From positions 1 through 41,127 of the forward strand of contig JAHLFV010000243.1 in NCBI GenBank assembly GCA_018883625.1: DNA of 41,127 nucleotides. The letters run 5' to 3'. Positions 18,313 through 29,777 of this stretch are shown in pieces. The translations under genes and the position numbers were made by a program. Each line of letters begins with the position of its first letter. The stretch's first letter is position 1. A model generated the notes under the pieces. The model did no database searches. It had not been told where the DNA came from and worked only from the letters and a program-made list of their open reading frames with translations. The stretch is from Candidatus Treponema excrementipullorum. GTDB lineage: Bacteria > Spirochaetota > Spirochaetia > Treponematales > Treponemataceae.

Positions 18313-19945
18313 GTATAGCAGATGGCAGCGCAATCCGTTTTGTTCTTAATCCCCGAAAAGTAATCTGGTTCTTTTTTTCCAATTGACATATAGTATCTGT
18401 GAAATCCCCATAATCATATAGATTCCGAAGAGTCATTTTATTGGCACTGTTTTTAACTTTTTCAACAAGTTCCTGAACCGTCCACCGTCCGTTATATTTT
18501 TTTAGATAATTCATAACAAACATATTTTCTCGGGGAATTGTATCTATGGTTTTTCCCCCATCCCGAGCATCACATACGTCACAGCCGCTGCACACTGTTT
18601 CTTTATCTCCCAATGCCTCTAATAAAACTTTTCGTCGACATATAGTTCCTTGGGCAAACAGAGCCATAATTTTTTCTCTGGCTGTATCCGGGTAAGAAGC
18701 AGCTTTTTGTTCATCTTGATTACCCCACAGTAAAATTGCCTTTGCCGGTTTTGTATCTCTTCCGCCGCGACCGGCTTCCTGTATGTAGGCTTCCGGTGTG
18801 GAAGGTGGTTCCAAATGAATGACAGTACGGATATCGCTTTTGTCTATTCCCATACCAAAGGCACAGGTACAACACAAAACCCCCGACTTATGAGGGAAAA
18901 ACCATTGCTCTACAGCTGTTTTTTCTTTCCGACTGAGACCTGCATGGTAAAAACGTACATCTTCCGGAGGGAAAAATTCTCTGAAAAACTGGGCGGTAGT
19001 TTTGGCTTTGGCTCTGGTTCCACAAAATACAATTAAGGGGCGTTGTTCTTTGGTAGCTAATAGGAGAGCCGTTTTTTCTTTTGCGTTTGTATACACCACA
19101 GAATAGCTTATGTTTTGTCTGTCGGAAGAACTTTGCATAAGATAAGGTGGTACACCTTGAAACAAGACTTCCGTTATACGTTGCAATACCGGTGGTGATG
19201 CTGTTGCCGTGAACGCTGTTACAATGGGAACATGGAGAGTCTCTATAACTTTTTGCAATTGTAAATATGAAGGTCTGAAAGTATCTCCCCATTGCGCTAC
19301 ACAGTGGGCTTCGTCAATTGCCAAGTGAACTATGGGATAGGATGATAATTTTTTTAGAAGTTTTTCCGATTGTAATACTTCTGGGTTTGCCAAAATAATT
19401 TTTGTTCCGCTATCCAAGGCTTTAAAGGCAACTTCCCTTTCTTCTTGGTCTTGTCCGCCTCTAAAAAGAATAGCGTTCAAGCCGGCTTCCTGAATTCGTC
19501 GTAACTGATCCGACATCAACCCTAAAAGGGGATAGATAATCAAGGTAATGCCTTCCAATAAAACTGCCGGTACCATAAAGCACAGAGATTTGCCGGCTCC
19601 GGTAGGAAGTAACACCACTTGTTGCCCTTTGTTAAAAGTATCGTCCTGATTTTCGGCTTTATCTTTCAGAGCGGCGGCACATTCCATAATATTTGCTACT
19701 ACAAGACGTTGCCAAGGATATAAGCCGGGAACGTGAAAAATATTTTGGGCTACTTTTGTAGCTTCATCGATTTCCGGTAGCAGTTCCTCCTGATTTTCTT
19801 CTAGGCTAGAAACGTGTTGAAGGAACATCTGCTGATCCTGCCAATCGCTGTAAGGGAAATGTTCCTCTGTTTCACTATCGAGAAAAGCTTCCGTTTCTGT
19901 ATCAACTGAATTTTTTTTGGTTTTGAGATTTTGTTTCTGGTCCAT
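18263..19945 (-). CDS. recQ: RecQ-family ATP-dependent DNA helicase (no evident HRDC domain)
   Basis: LPTGAGKSLCF, AIDEAHCVAQWGDTFRPSY, FTATA, YHAGL, AFGMGIDK, QEAGRGGRD, Zn motif CRR...CSGCDVC. Confidence 0.93.
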   Translation of the reverse strand: MDQKQNLKTKKNSVDTETEAFLDSETEEHFPYSDWQDQQMFLQHVSSLEENQEELLPEIDEATKVAQNIFHVPGLYPWQRLVVANIMECAAALKDKAENQDDTFNKGQQVVLLPTGAGKSLCFMVPAVLLEGITLIIYPLLGLMSDQLRRIQEAGLNAILFRGGQDQEEREVAFKALDSGTKIILANPEVLQSEKLLKKLSSYPIVHLAIDEAHCVAQWGDTFRPSYLQLQKVIETLHVPIVTAFTATASPPVLQRITEVLFQGVPPYLMQSSSDRQNISYSVVYTNAKEKTALLLATKEQRPLIVFCGTRAKAKTTAQFFREFFPPEDVRFYHAGLSRKEKTAVEQWFFPHKSGVLCCTCAFGMGIDKSDIRTVIHLEPPSTPEAYIQEAGRGGRDTKPAKAILLWGNQDEQKAASYPDTAREKIMALFAQGTICRRKVLLEALGDKETVCSGCDVCDARDGGKTIDTIPRENMFVMNYLKKYNGRWTVQELVEKVKNSANKMTLRNLYDYGDFTDTICQLEKKNQITFRGLRTKRIALPSAILTSLWKYLSFLQRPRR

Positions 19946-20032
19946 ACAATAATTATGGCTAAAAAGAATACAAAATCAGGATAAAATCAAAAAAAAACAG
20001 AATATATAAGGAAAAACAGACGGTTTGTAGTG

Positions 20033-21244
20033 TTATTTATCCAAAATAGTAATTTCTACCCGCCGATTTTTTGCCTTACCTTCCTCTGTGTTGTTGGGAG
20101 CTATAGGTTTTGTAGCACCAAAGCCCCTAGTAAAGATATGAGTACTGTCTTTAGCTCCTATTTCTGTCAAATATTCTGCTACTGCATGGGCCCGTTCTTC
20201 GGAAAGACTTTGTCTGTCTCTTTCTGTCCCTGCCAAAGCGGTATGACCGGAAATAAGTAAATCGTTAAGAGGGAACTGCTGTATAACTTTTGCGATTTCT
20301 CTCAGTTTGGCTTTTTCTGAATCAAGAAGAATGGCTGAATCCGGCATAAACTGGATATTTTCGATACTTATTGTCAGACCTTCTTCGTCGGAACGGACGG
20401 TGGTATTTTCCAGTCCCAGATTTGCAATGGTATCTTGCACTTCTGCAACTTTTGTACTGGCTTTTTCTTGCAGATAATCTACTTCTGCATAGGCTGTACC
20501 GATAAAGTCAAAGGTATTGCCATAGGCTGTTTCGATTAAAATGCGGAATTCTTCGTTATACCAAGCAATATTGCCCCGTTCATTATCCCAATAAATCCTT
20601 TGATGGGAATATCCCATGGTGGTTGCGGGGACGTCAGTGTTGTATCGAAGGGCTTCTTGAAGATTGGGGCTGGCAAAATATATGTTATATTGTACGTCTA
20701 TTACATGAAGCGTTTTGCCATCCTCTTCCGCTGTGCCCAAATAAGTGTATTGGGCTGCAAAGGGGACAATAAAAGGCTCCGGTACATTAAATCCGTCCCG
20801 CAAATCGTGAGCTTCGTGACCGGAGGCTGTCCACGTGTCTCCCACCTGAATATCTTCCTCTGGAAACACCGGTATATCTCGAACTACAGGCATAAAATAG
20901 CTTTTATCTATGGTGTAATGTCCCAATTCATCCCGTTGAAAAACACTGGTGTATTCTTTGCCCCAGTTAGCAATTTCAATTGTATTTCTGGTGGAATTTT
21001 CTGATACCATAAAAGTAGCATTGTGAGTTGCAGTGGTTCCTTCCATGTGGGTAATTTCTGCGGCAACTCTGTTTGTAATGAGAGCGTGATGAGAAAAAAC
21101 TCGGTTAACATACACGTCTTCTTCTACTTGAGAGAGAATTTTTACGGTTTCTCCTTGTCGGTATTTATATCGAAACACTTCTGCCATGGTAGGCAGAGTA
21201 CACATAAGAATGGCTAAAAGTAAGACAGCTCTTTTGTTTTTCAT
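20033..21244 (-). CDS. OmpA-like peptidoglycan-binding domain protein (exported)
   Basis: Start reassigned to MKNKRAV (GGAG SD); signal peptide; C-terminal IQFMPDSA...SGHTA...LSEERAHAV...GFGATKPIAPN...NRRVEI. Confidence 0.9.
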   Translation of the reverse strand: MKNKRAVLLLAILMCTLPTMAEVFRYKYRQGETVKILSQVEEDVYVNRVFSHHALITNRVAAEITHMEGTTATHNATFMVSENSTRNTIEIANWGKEYTSVFQRDELGHYTIDKSYFMPVVRDIPVFPEEDIQVGDTWTASGHEAHDLRDGFNVPEPFIVPFAAQYTYLGTAEEDGKTLHVIDVQYNIYFASPNLQEALRYNTDVPATTMGYSHQRIYWDNERGNIAWYNEEFRILIETAYGNTFDFIGTAYAEVDYLQEKASTKVAEVQDTIANLGLENTTVRSDEEGLTISIENIQFMPDSAILLDSEKAKLREIAKVIQQFPLNDLLISGHTALAGTERDRQSLSEERAHAVAEYLTEIGAKDSTHIFTRGFGATKPIAPNNTEEGKAKNRRVEITILDK

Positions 21245-21356
21245 AGTACTCTCCCAGGATTTTCTGTACAATAAAGTTTCTATTGTATGATAAGTATACC
21301 ATTAAAATAAAAAATGTTACACTTAGTAAGGCAAAATAAGAGGTTTATGGCAGAAA

Positions 21357-21800
21357 ATGAATATGCTTCAAAGAATATTAGAGAAATTTACTTCCGAAAA
21401 TCAGGAAGTTTTTATCTTTACAGCAGTTTTGTGTCTTTTAAGCGGACTGGTGGGACTTTTAATCGGTAAAGTCAAATATGGACTTTTGCTTAAAAAACAA
21501 AGACAGGATGCCGTCAAAAGATCTAAGTCTGTGTTATTGGGGCAAATTACAGAACAAATTGCTCCCTTGTTACCAAAATTTCCCTGTCACGTGAAAGATG
21601 TAAAATTTTTAGGTAAACCTATAGATTTCATCGGTTTTAAAACTACCGGTGATTCAGAACTTATAGAAGAAGTGTTGTTTATCGAAGTTAAAACCGGAGA
21701 CAGTACTCTTTCTAAACGGGAAGAATCTTTAAAAAAAGCTATAGAGAAGGGGAAAGTACGCTATGTGGAATACAGGTACAAAGGGGAAGTGTCTCGCTAA
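21357..21800 (+). CDS. Membrane-anchored Holliday-junction-resolvase-like endonuclease (Endonuc_Holl family)
   Basis: TM helix, then RQDAVKRSKSVLLGQITEQIAP, FLGKPIDFIGF, FIEVKTG (PD-(D/E)xK). Confidence 0.85.
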   Translation: MNMLQRILEKFTSENQEVFIFTAVLCLLSGLVGLLIGKVKYGLLLKKQRQDAVKRSKSVLLGQITEQIAPLLPKFPCHVKDVKFLGKPIDFIGFKTTGDSELIEEVLFIEVKTGDSTLSKREESLKKAIEKGKVRYVEYRYKGEVSR

Positions 21801-21917
21801 GTCCTTTGTCTTCTCAAAATGAGCAGAGAAAGAATCGGTAGTAACACTGCAAAGAATTTGCAGTAACAAGTGTAGATGGCACATTGTCGTTTAAACCACT
21901 GTATCCCGCCGTTATTT

Positions 21918-22289
21918 TTATATTCCGACCTTTTCAATATTTTTTGTTGCAACCACGGCTACTCCCGTGGAAGCTATATCGGCACAAACAATTTGTCCGA
22001 TTTTTACCGGTGCTTCCAGCTCTATGGATTTTAACTGTTCAATGCAGCGGAAAATCTTTCCCTTGGGAATGTCTTTTTCTGTTTTTACGGATACAACGGG
22101 AAGACTGCCGTTTTTTACGGGAACGGTACTGGTTACGATCCTTCTGGGATCTGTTACTTCTTTTATGGCATAGTTTTCACCGTTTTTGCAAGTAGCTCCC
22201 TGTACCGAAATAACATTGTTGTCTTCCATTTCAACTGTGAGGGGGCATCCCAGAGGACATCCGATACAGATTAAATTGACTTTTTTCAT
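21918..22289 (-). CDS. DUF1667 / CxxC small metal-binding subunit
   Basis: CIGCPLGC, GATCKNG, PRRIVTSTV, PVVSVKT; last gene of the glpK cluster. Confidence 0.88.
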   Translation of the reverse strand: MKKVNLICIGCPLGCPLTVEMEDNNVISVQGATCKNGENYAIKEVTDPRRIVTSTVPVKNGSLPVVSVKTEKDIPKGKIFRCIEQLKSIELEAPVKIGQIVCADIASTGVAVVATKNIEKVGI

Positions 22290-22290
22290 T

Positions 22291-23556
22291 TCAGAAATCC
22301 TCCAAAGTTATGGTTATGTTTTTTATAACAGTCTGTTCCTGTAAAAGAGAATTTTTTATTTGAACAGTTTCCATTTCTCCCGGAGCTAAAACTTTTTTCT
22401 TTTTACTGAACAGCAATGTTTCGTCGGCATAAAAAGCTATTTTTTTATTTGCATATACATTGTCAACTCTGAAACGGAAAGTAGTGGTTCCTTGGGGTGA
22501 AAGGTTGTCAGGGTGGAGTTTTGTCGGTACGGAATAGCGGACTCCATTGGTACAGAGAACGGATACAGTGATATCGTGTGTTTTTTCTCCCATTAACAGG
22601 TACTCTGCGGCTTTTTGCCCGGCCAACGCTGCTTCTTCGGATACGTAGTCTACCAAATCATGAACATGGAGCACGTTACCTGCGGCAAAGATGCCGGGAA
22701 TACTGGTTTCCATGTTGTTGTCTACGGTAGGGCCTTTTGTTATAGAACTTAGTTCTATGCCGGCACTGCGGCTCAGTTCATTTTCCGGAATAAGCCCTAC
22801 AGATAAAAGCAATGTATCGCATTCGTAGTATTCTTCTGTACCGGGAACAGGTTTCCCATTTTGTATCTGTGCAACGGTAACACCTTCCAGTCTATCTTTT
22901 CCTTTTATGTCTATAACGGTATGGCTGAGTTTTAATGGAATATTGTAATCATCCAAACATTGTACTATATTTCGTTTCAGACCGCCGGAGTAGGGCATAA
23001 GTTCCGCTACAAGAGAGACGGTGGCACCTTCCAAGGTCATTCTTCGAGCCATAATCAGCCCGATATCTCCCGAACCGAGGATGACAACTTTTTTCCCGGG
23101 CATGGAACCTTCCATGTTGACTAACCGTTGGGCTGTTCCTGCGGTATAGATTCCGGCGGGACGGCTACCGGGTATAGCCAAGGCTCCCCGGGGGCGTTCT
23201 CGGCAGCCCATGGCTAAAATTATACTTTGAGGATGAAGAAAAAATACTCCTTCCTGTCGATTCATGGCGGTAACGGTTTTGTCTTTCGCTATATCCAGTA
23301 CCATAGTGTCCAACAGGTAATCAATCTGTTTTTCTTTTACTTGTTCTATGAATCGGTGGGCGTATTCCGGTCCCGTTAACTCTTCTTTAAAGGTGTGAAG
23401 GCCAAATCCGTTGTGAATACATTGATTGAGGATGCCTCCCAGTTCTTTGTCTCGTTCCAAAATAAGAATATCGTCAACACCCAGGTCTTTTGCTGCCAGG
23501 GCCGCTGCCAAGCCGGCGGGACCTCCGCCGATTATTACCAGTCTGTACTCTTTCAC
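22291..23556 (-). CDS. FAD/NAD(P)-dependent pyridine nucleotide-disulfide oxidoreductase
   Basis: IIGGGPAG, LGGILNQCIHNGFG, AMGCRER, ILGSGDIG, GNVLHVHDLVD; start reassigned to GTG 23556 after AAGGAG. Confidence 0.9.
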   Translation of the reverse strand: MKEYRLVIIGGGPAGLAAALAAKDLGVDDILILERDKELGGILNQCIHNGFGLHTFKEELTGPEYAHRFIEQVKEKQIDYLLDTMVLDIAKDKTVTAMNRQEGVFFLHPQSIILAMGCRERPRGALAIPGSRPAGIYTAGTAQRLVNMEGSMPGKKVVILGSGDIGLIMARRMTLEGATVSLVAELMPYSGGLKRNIVQCLDDYNIPLKLSHTVIDIKGKDRLEGVTVAQIQNGKPVPGTEEYYECDTLLLSVGLIPENELSRSAGIELSSITKGPTVDNNMETSIPGIFAAGNVLHVHDLVDYVSEEAALAGQKAAEYLLMGEKTHDITVSVLCTNGVRYSVPTKLHPDNLSPQGTTTFRFRVDNVYANKKIAFYADETLLFSKKKKVLAPGEMETVQIKNSLLQEQTVIKNITITLEDF

Positions 23557-23566
23557 CGGAAGCTCC

Positions 23567-24997
23567 TTATACGATGTCTTTGTTTTTTCCCACAATTATT
23601 TTTGAATTTCCACCGGATTTTGTAACTTCTTCCATAGGAATATTCAATTCTTGGGAGAGAATTTCCATGACCTTGGGACTGCAAAATCCTCCTTGGCAGC
23701 GGCCCATGCCGGCCCTTGTTCTGCGCTTGATACCGTCTATGCTTTTTGCGCCGGGTACTCGGTGGATAGCATCGATAATTTCACCTTGGGTGATGGTTTC
23801 GCAGCGACACACAACAGTACCGTAATCGGGATTGTTTTTTATCAATTCATTTCTTTCCTGAACGGGCAGATTTTTAGGGTTCAGTATGCCCTTTCGTGTA
23901 CCGTCAAAGTGAGGATTGTCCTGTAAAGAAAGAATTCCGGTAACTATTTGTGCTACCATGACACCGATGGCCGGAGATGAGGACAGTCCCGGAGATTCTA
24001 TACCGGCACAATCTACAAAGCCGGGTGCAATTTCTTCAATAAAAAATTGATGACGTTTTTCATGGGCCCGTAAACCGGCAAAAGTGGTGATTGTCTGGTT
24101 AAGAGGTATATTGTTGAGGGCTACTCCCGAACGTTGGCGGACAAGGTCTAAACCTTCGGCGGTGGTTGCGACGGAATCCTTATCTTCTGTATCTATGGCG
24201 GTAGGGCCTACCAAAGTATTTCCATGAATTGTAGGGGCTACCAAAACGCCTTTTCCCAGTTTTCCCGGTAACTGAAAAACCGTCCTTGTTACAAAGCCCT
24301 GACAACTGCGGTCAAGTAAAAAATAATCTCCTCTGCGAGGAATTATAGTCATTGTATCTTGGGAAACCATATTATGAAGCTCATCTGCATGAACTCCGGC
24401 AGCATTGACTACCACCTTTGTTTCAATGCTTCCCCTATTGGTTTCTAGTTTCCATCCATGGGAGGAAGGTTTTATATCTTTGACCAAAGTATCAAACTGA
24501 AATGTAACACCGTTTTTTGCTGCATTTTCTGCCAAAGCATAGGTGAGGGTAAAGGGACAGATTATGGCACTGGTAGGGGCATACAGGGCAGCCACCGCCT
24601 GAGGAGAAATATTTGGCTCTAAAGCAACTAATTCCTCTCTTTCGATAATTCGGAGATTTTCCACTCCATTGGCTAATCCGTTTTGATAAAGGGCTTCCAA
24701 GGCAGGTCGGTCTTCTTCGTTTACCATAACTACCAAAGCTCCGTTAGCTTTGTAGGGTATATCCAAATCTTTTGCCAACTGTGGCATGAGTCGGCTTCCT
24801 TCTACATTGAGCTTTGCCATAAGGGTTCCGTGTTTTGCATCGTAACCGGCATGGATAAGAGCTGAATTTGCCTTACTCGTACCGCAACACACATCTTCTT
24901 CTTTTTCTACAACAAGGATATTAGCTTGCTTTTTAGATAGCTCACGGGCAATAGAACATCCGCATACACCGGCTCCTACAATTACTATATCATACAT
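23567..24997 (-). CDS. FAD-dependent glycerol-3-phosphate dehydrogenase-like subunit with C-terminal BFD-like [2Fe-2S] domain
   Basis: IVGAGVCG, GTSKANSALIHAGYD, GIESPGLSSSPAIG, CRCE...RAGMGRCQGGFC; directly downstream of glpK. Confidence 0.88.
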   Translation of the reverse strand: MYDIVIVGAGVCGCSIARELSKKQANILVVEKEEDVCCGTSKANSALIHAGYDAKHGTLMAKLNVEGSRLMPQLAKDLDIPYKANGALVVMVNEEDRPALEALYQNGLANGVENLRIIEREELVALEPNISPQAVAALYAPTSAIICPFTLTYALAENAAKNGVTFQFDTLVKDIKPSSHGWKLETNRGSIETKVVVNAAGVHADELHNMVSQDTMTIIPRRGDYFLLDRSCQGFVTRTVFQLPGKLGKGVLVAPTIHGNTLVGPTAIDTEDKDSVATTAEGLDLVRQRSGVALNNIPLNQTITTFAGLRAHEKRHQFFIEEIAPGFVDCAGIESPGLSSSPAIGVMVAQIVTGILSLQDNPHFDGTRKGILNPKNLPVQERNELIKNNPDYGTVVCRCETITQGEIIDAIHRVPGAKSIDGIKRRTRAGMGRCQGGFCSPKVMEILSQELNIPMEEVTKSGGNSKIIVGKNKDIV

Positions 24998-25024
24998 TTT
25001 TATGCTCCCATTCTGCGTAGTGTG

Positions 25025-26584
<1,560 letters not shown>

Positions 26585-26644
26585 TTATTTTGGGAGAAGG
26601 GTTATAAAATCTAATAACTGAAAACTTGAGGGGCCTCTCTGTTT

Positions 26645-27765
26645 TCAGTCCTGTGTACTTCCGATTTGTTTTATGAATTCACAAATATCCTTTGTTGAAT
26701 TAGGCTTACGAATCAAAGAGATACATTCTCTCATCAAATCTAACCGTTTCGGATTTTTAAAAAGCTGAAAGATAACTTCACAAAGGGGTGTTGTTGAAGA
26801 TGCCTTTGCTGCAACTCCGCAATTGAGCAAGAAATCAGTATTTCTGTATTCTTGTCCAGGAATAGGATGAACAATAATGATAGGCAGGTTTTTAGCTAAT
26901 GCTTCCGAACTGGTCAAACCTCCTGGTTTCGTAACTATACATGTTGCCGCATCCATAAGTAAATCTACGTTATCTGTGTAACCGTAGTTAAGAATTGTTT
27001 TCTTAGTTACCAGATTATCAATTTTATCTTTTACCTCCTGATTTTTACCACATACGGTAATCATTTGGAAGTCTTCATCTATCTTGTCTAGTTCCTGTAC
27101 AGTCTCGGCAAGATTACCATATCCCATGCTACCACCCATAATGAGTAAGGTTTTGAGGTTTGGGTTTAACCCAAGTGTTTCTCTTGCTACTTCTTTAGAT
27201 ATTGAAGTAGTAAATTTGGGATTTATGGGAATTCCTAACGGTTTAATCTGTTTAGGGAGAAATCCTTTTTTTTTGCTTGAATTTCCATAAGCTCTGAGGG
27301 AGTAATGATATAATCAAAATGAAGGGCTTCTTCCCAATAAGGATGAAAAGTAAAATCTGTAACGATTCCGAGTGTTTTTGCGTGTATTTTATCTAGTTCC
27401 AAAAGAACGTCTATTAAAATTCCGGCAAAAATATGCGTACAGACAATTACGTCGGGATTGTAACGTCTTATAAATCCCTTTAATTTAATAGCCATAATTT
27501 TATTAGAAAGTCTTGTCCAAGACATGATAGGTTTACTTTTTTTACGCTTTTCCATCATTCTATAGAGTTTTGAATAAGCGGTTTTTGTTGCGCTAGAGGT
27601 AAAAAGATATCCTTTGTCTACAGTTTCAGCTAAAATGGGATTGAGATATCTGTAGGTATCCATTATCTTTGACTCAATTCCAAGGGTTTCCAAATAATCT
27701 CCTATAGCTTTTGCTGTAGCGTTATGTCCCTGTCCGGTTGTAATTGAGAGAATTAAAACTTTCAT
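26645..27765 (-). pseudogene. MGDG synthase / UgtP-like GT28 glycosyltransferase, frameshifted at an A9 run (27266-27274)
   Basis: N-half ORF 27235-27765 (TGQGHNATA, PDVIVCTH, IVTDFTFHPYW) and C-half 26645-27139 (MGGSMGYG, VCGKN, TKPGGLTSSEA, PIPGQEYRN). One extra A joins them into a 373-aa protein through ...QAKKKGFLPKQIKPLGIPINPKF... Confidence 0.88.
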
Positions 27766-27845
27766 AGCTTCCTGTCCTATAATATACTTTATCCATTTGT
27801 TGTATCTAGAAATAGGTTATTATATTGGTATTGGTACAATCCTTT

Positions 27846-28883
27846 CTATTTTGTAAATCGTATCTTTTGCCACAAGGAATCGTAGACCATCAAACCTTCT
27901 GCCAAGTCTTCTTTAATTTCACAAGGTTCCAATTCTTCAGGTGTGTACATGGGCGTTTCTTTCATATATTTTCCTGCTTCCGTATGAATGGTGGAAGGGA
28001 AATTAAAGGTATCCAAAAACATAGCATAAATATCAGGGCGGAGAATAAAATTGATAAACTCCATGGCTAAATCATAGTGTTTTGCCTGTTTGGGAACGCA
28101 CATGGAATCAATGTACATAGGTCCCCCCTCTTTGGGAATAAAGAAATCCAAGGTATCCCACTCTGATTGTGGCACTTCGCCAAAAACGACTTCAGGAAAT
28201 CCTTGAACGACCCAAAAGTCGCCGGCGGCAAAAGATTTTCCGAATCCTTCCGAATCAAATTTTACCAGATTGGGTTTCCATTCCTGTATTATTATATCTT
28301 TTGCCTTTTCCAAATCTTGAAGATTTAAACTGTTGACGGATTTTCCCGTGTATGCCAGGGCGTCTCCCATAACTTCCCGCATGTCGTCCATCATAGACAT
28401 ACGACCCGCCAAGTCTTTTCTGCCAAAAATGCTCCAACTTTTTTCGTACTCCGGGACTTTTTCTGTATTTACTACAACTCCCGCTGCTCCCATAAAGTAG
28501 GGTACGCTGTAGTCAAAGTTAGGATCATAGTGAGCTTTTTGTTCAACAGCAGGACTGATATATTTTAAATTCGGAATCCGTGTTTTATCGATTTGTTGCA
28601 ACATGTCTAATTTGATGAGTATGGAAACGTAATCTTGAGTAGGGACGATTATGTCATAGGAAGAAGCACCGGCCAGCATTTTGGCAAACATTTCTTCATT
28701 GGAGGCAAAATTATCTACTTTTACCCGAACGTCGAATTCTTTTTCAAAGGCTTCTATGACGCTGTCCGGGGTATAGTAAGTCCAGTTGAATAGGTATAAA
28801 GTTTTTCCGTCATCACGGATACAGGAGCTACACAATAGTGTGATACTACAACATAACAGGGCAAAAATAGATATACGTTTCAT
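27846..28883 (-). CDS. potD: Spermidine/putrescine ABC transporter substrate-binding lipoprotein
   Basis: Lipobox-like CSSC; LYLFNWTYY, FEKEF, FASNEEM, YSVPYF, PKEGG, AMEFINF. Confidence 0.92.
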   Translation of the reverse strand: MKRISIFALLCCSITLLCSSCIRDDGKTLYLFNWTYYTPDSVIEAFEKEFDVRVKVDNFASNEEMFAKMLAGASSYDIIVPTQDYVSILIKLDMLQQIDKTRIPNLKYISPAVEQKAHYDPNFDYSVPYFMGAAGVVVNTEKVPEYEKSWSIFGRKDLAGRMSMMDDMREVMGDALAYTGKSVNSLNLQDLEKAKDIIIQEWKPNLVKFDSEGFGKSFAAGDFWVVQGFPEVVFGEVPQSEWDTLDFFIPKEGGPMYIDSMCVPKQAKHYDLAMEFINFILRPDIYAMFLDTFNFPSTIHTEAGKYMKETPMYTPEELEPCEIKEDLAEGLMVYDSLWQKIRFTK

Positions 28884-28901
28884 AGGAGTTCCTTACAAAA
28901 A

Positions 28902-29777
28902 CTATTGGGCGGCGGCAATGGTTTTTAAGAAAGGCCGCAAACCGATGGCGATTAACAGGGTAACCAACACCAAAAGGACCGACAAAGCGTTTATAACGGG
29001 AGAAACGCCAAACCGGATCATAGAGTATACATACAGGGGCAATGTGGTTGAACCCGGCCCGGACACAAAAAAGGTAATAACAAAATCTTCCAAAGACATG
29101 GTAACTGCCATCATAAAACCGGAAAGAATACCCGGCAAAATGCTGGGGATAATAACTTTTGTCATGGTTTGCCGCTCCGTGGCACCTAAATCCCGGGATG
29201 CTTCGATAATGGAAAAGTCAAACTCATCAATGCGGGCAGTAACCATAAGATACACAAAGGGCAGACAAAAGGTGGTGTGAGCTGCAAAAATCGTAAAAAG
29301 CCCCAGAGGAACACCGATACCTGCAAAAAAGATAACGGTAGAAACACCGATAATTACTTCGGGAATTACCATAGGCAAAAAACTGATGGACTGGATGTAG
29401 TTTTTTCCGAAAAACTTATACCATTTTATTCCCACAGCTGCCAGAGTTCCCAAAATTGTAGATACCAATGCGGAGGAAAAGGCAATTATAAGACTGTTCA
29501 AAAGGGCATCCCACAAATCCTCCGAGTTACATAACAGTTCTTTGTACCATACAAGGGAAAAATCGGTAAATTCTGTACCTTTGTTTCCGTTAAAAGAATA
29601 CAATCCGATAAAAAATAATGGTAAAAACAGAAATACTATAGTAATAACCAAAATCGTAATGGAAAGGGAAAATTTTTTATTGTTTCGGAAAGCTCTTCTG
29701 GCATGGCGAGCCGGTTCTGAAAGCGGCTTTTTCTTGTTGACTTTATTAATCAACTGACGATAGGGATTTAAAGCCAT
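28902..29777 (-). CDS. potC: Spermidine/putrescine ABC transporter permease
   Basis: YSFN, FSLVWY, PEVIIG, EASRDLGA (EAA loop), SLEDFVITFF, TLPLYVYS. Confidence 0.93.
   Translation of the reverse strand: MALNPYRQLINKVNKKKPLSEPARHARRAFRNNKKFSLSITILVITIVFLFLPLFFIGLYSFNGNKGTEFTDFSLVWYKELLCNSEDLWDALLNSLIIAFSSALVSTILGTLAAVGIKWYKFFGKNYIQSISFLPMVIPEVIIGVSTVIFFAGIGVPLGLFTIFAAHTTFCLPFVYLMVTARIDEFDFSIIEASRDLGATERQTMTKVIIPSILPGILSGFMMAVTMSLEDFVITFFVSGPGSTTLPLYVYSMIRFGVSPVINALSVLLVLVTLLIAIGLRPFLKTIAAAQ

Noticed and set aside
28786-29757. Plus-strand ORFs antisense to potC and potD
   Set aside because: Typical antisense shadows of membrane-protein genes.
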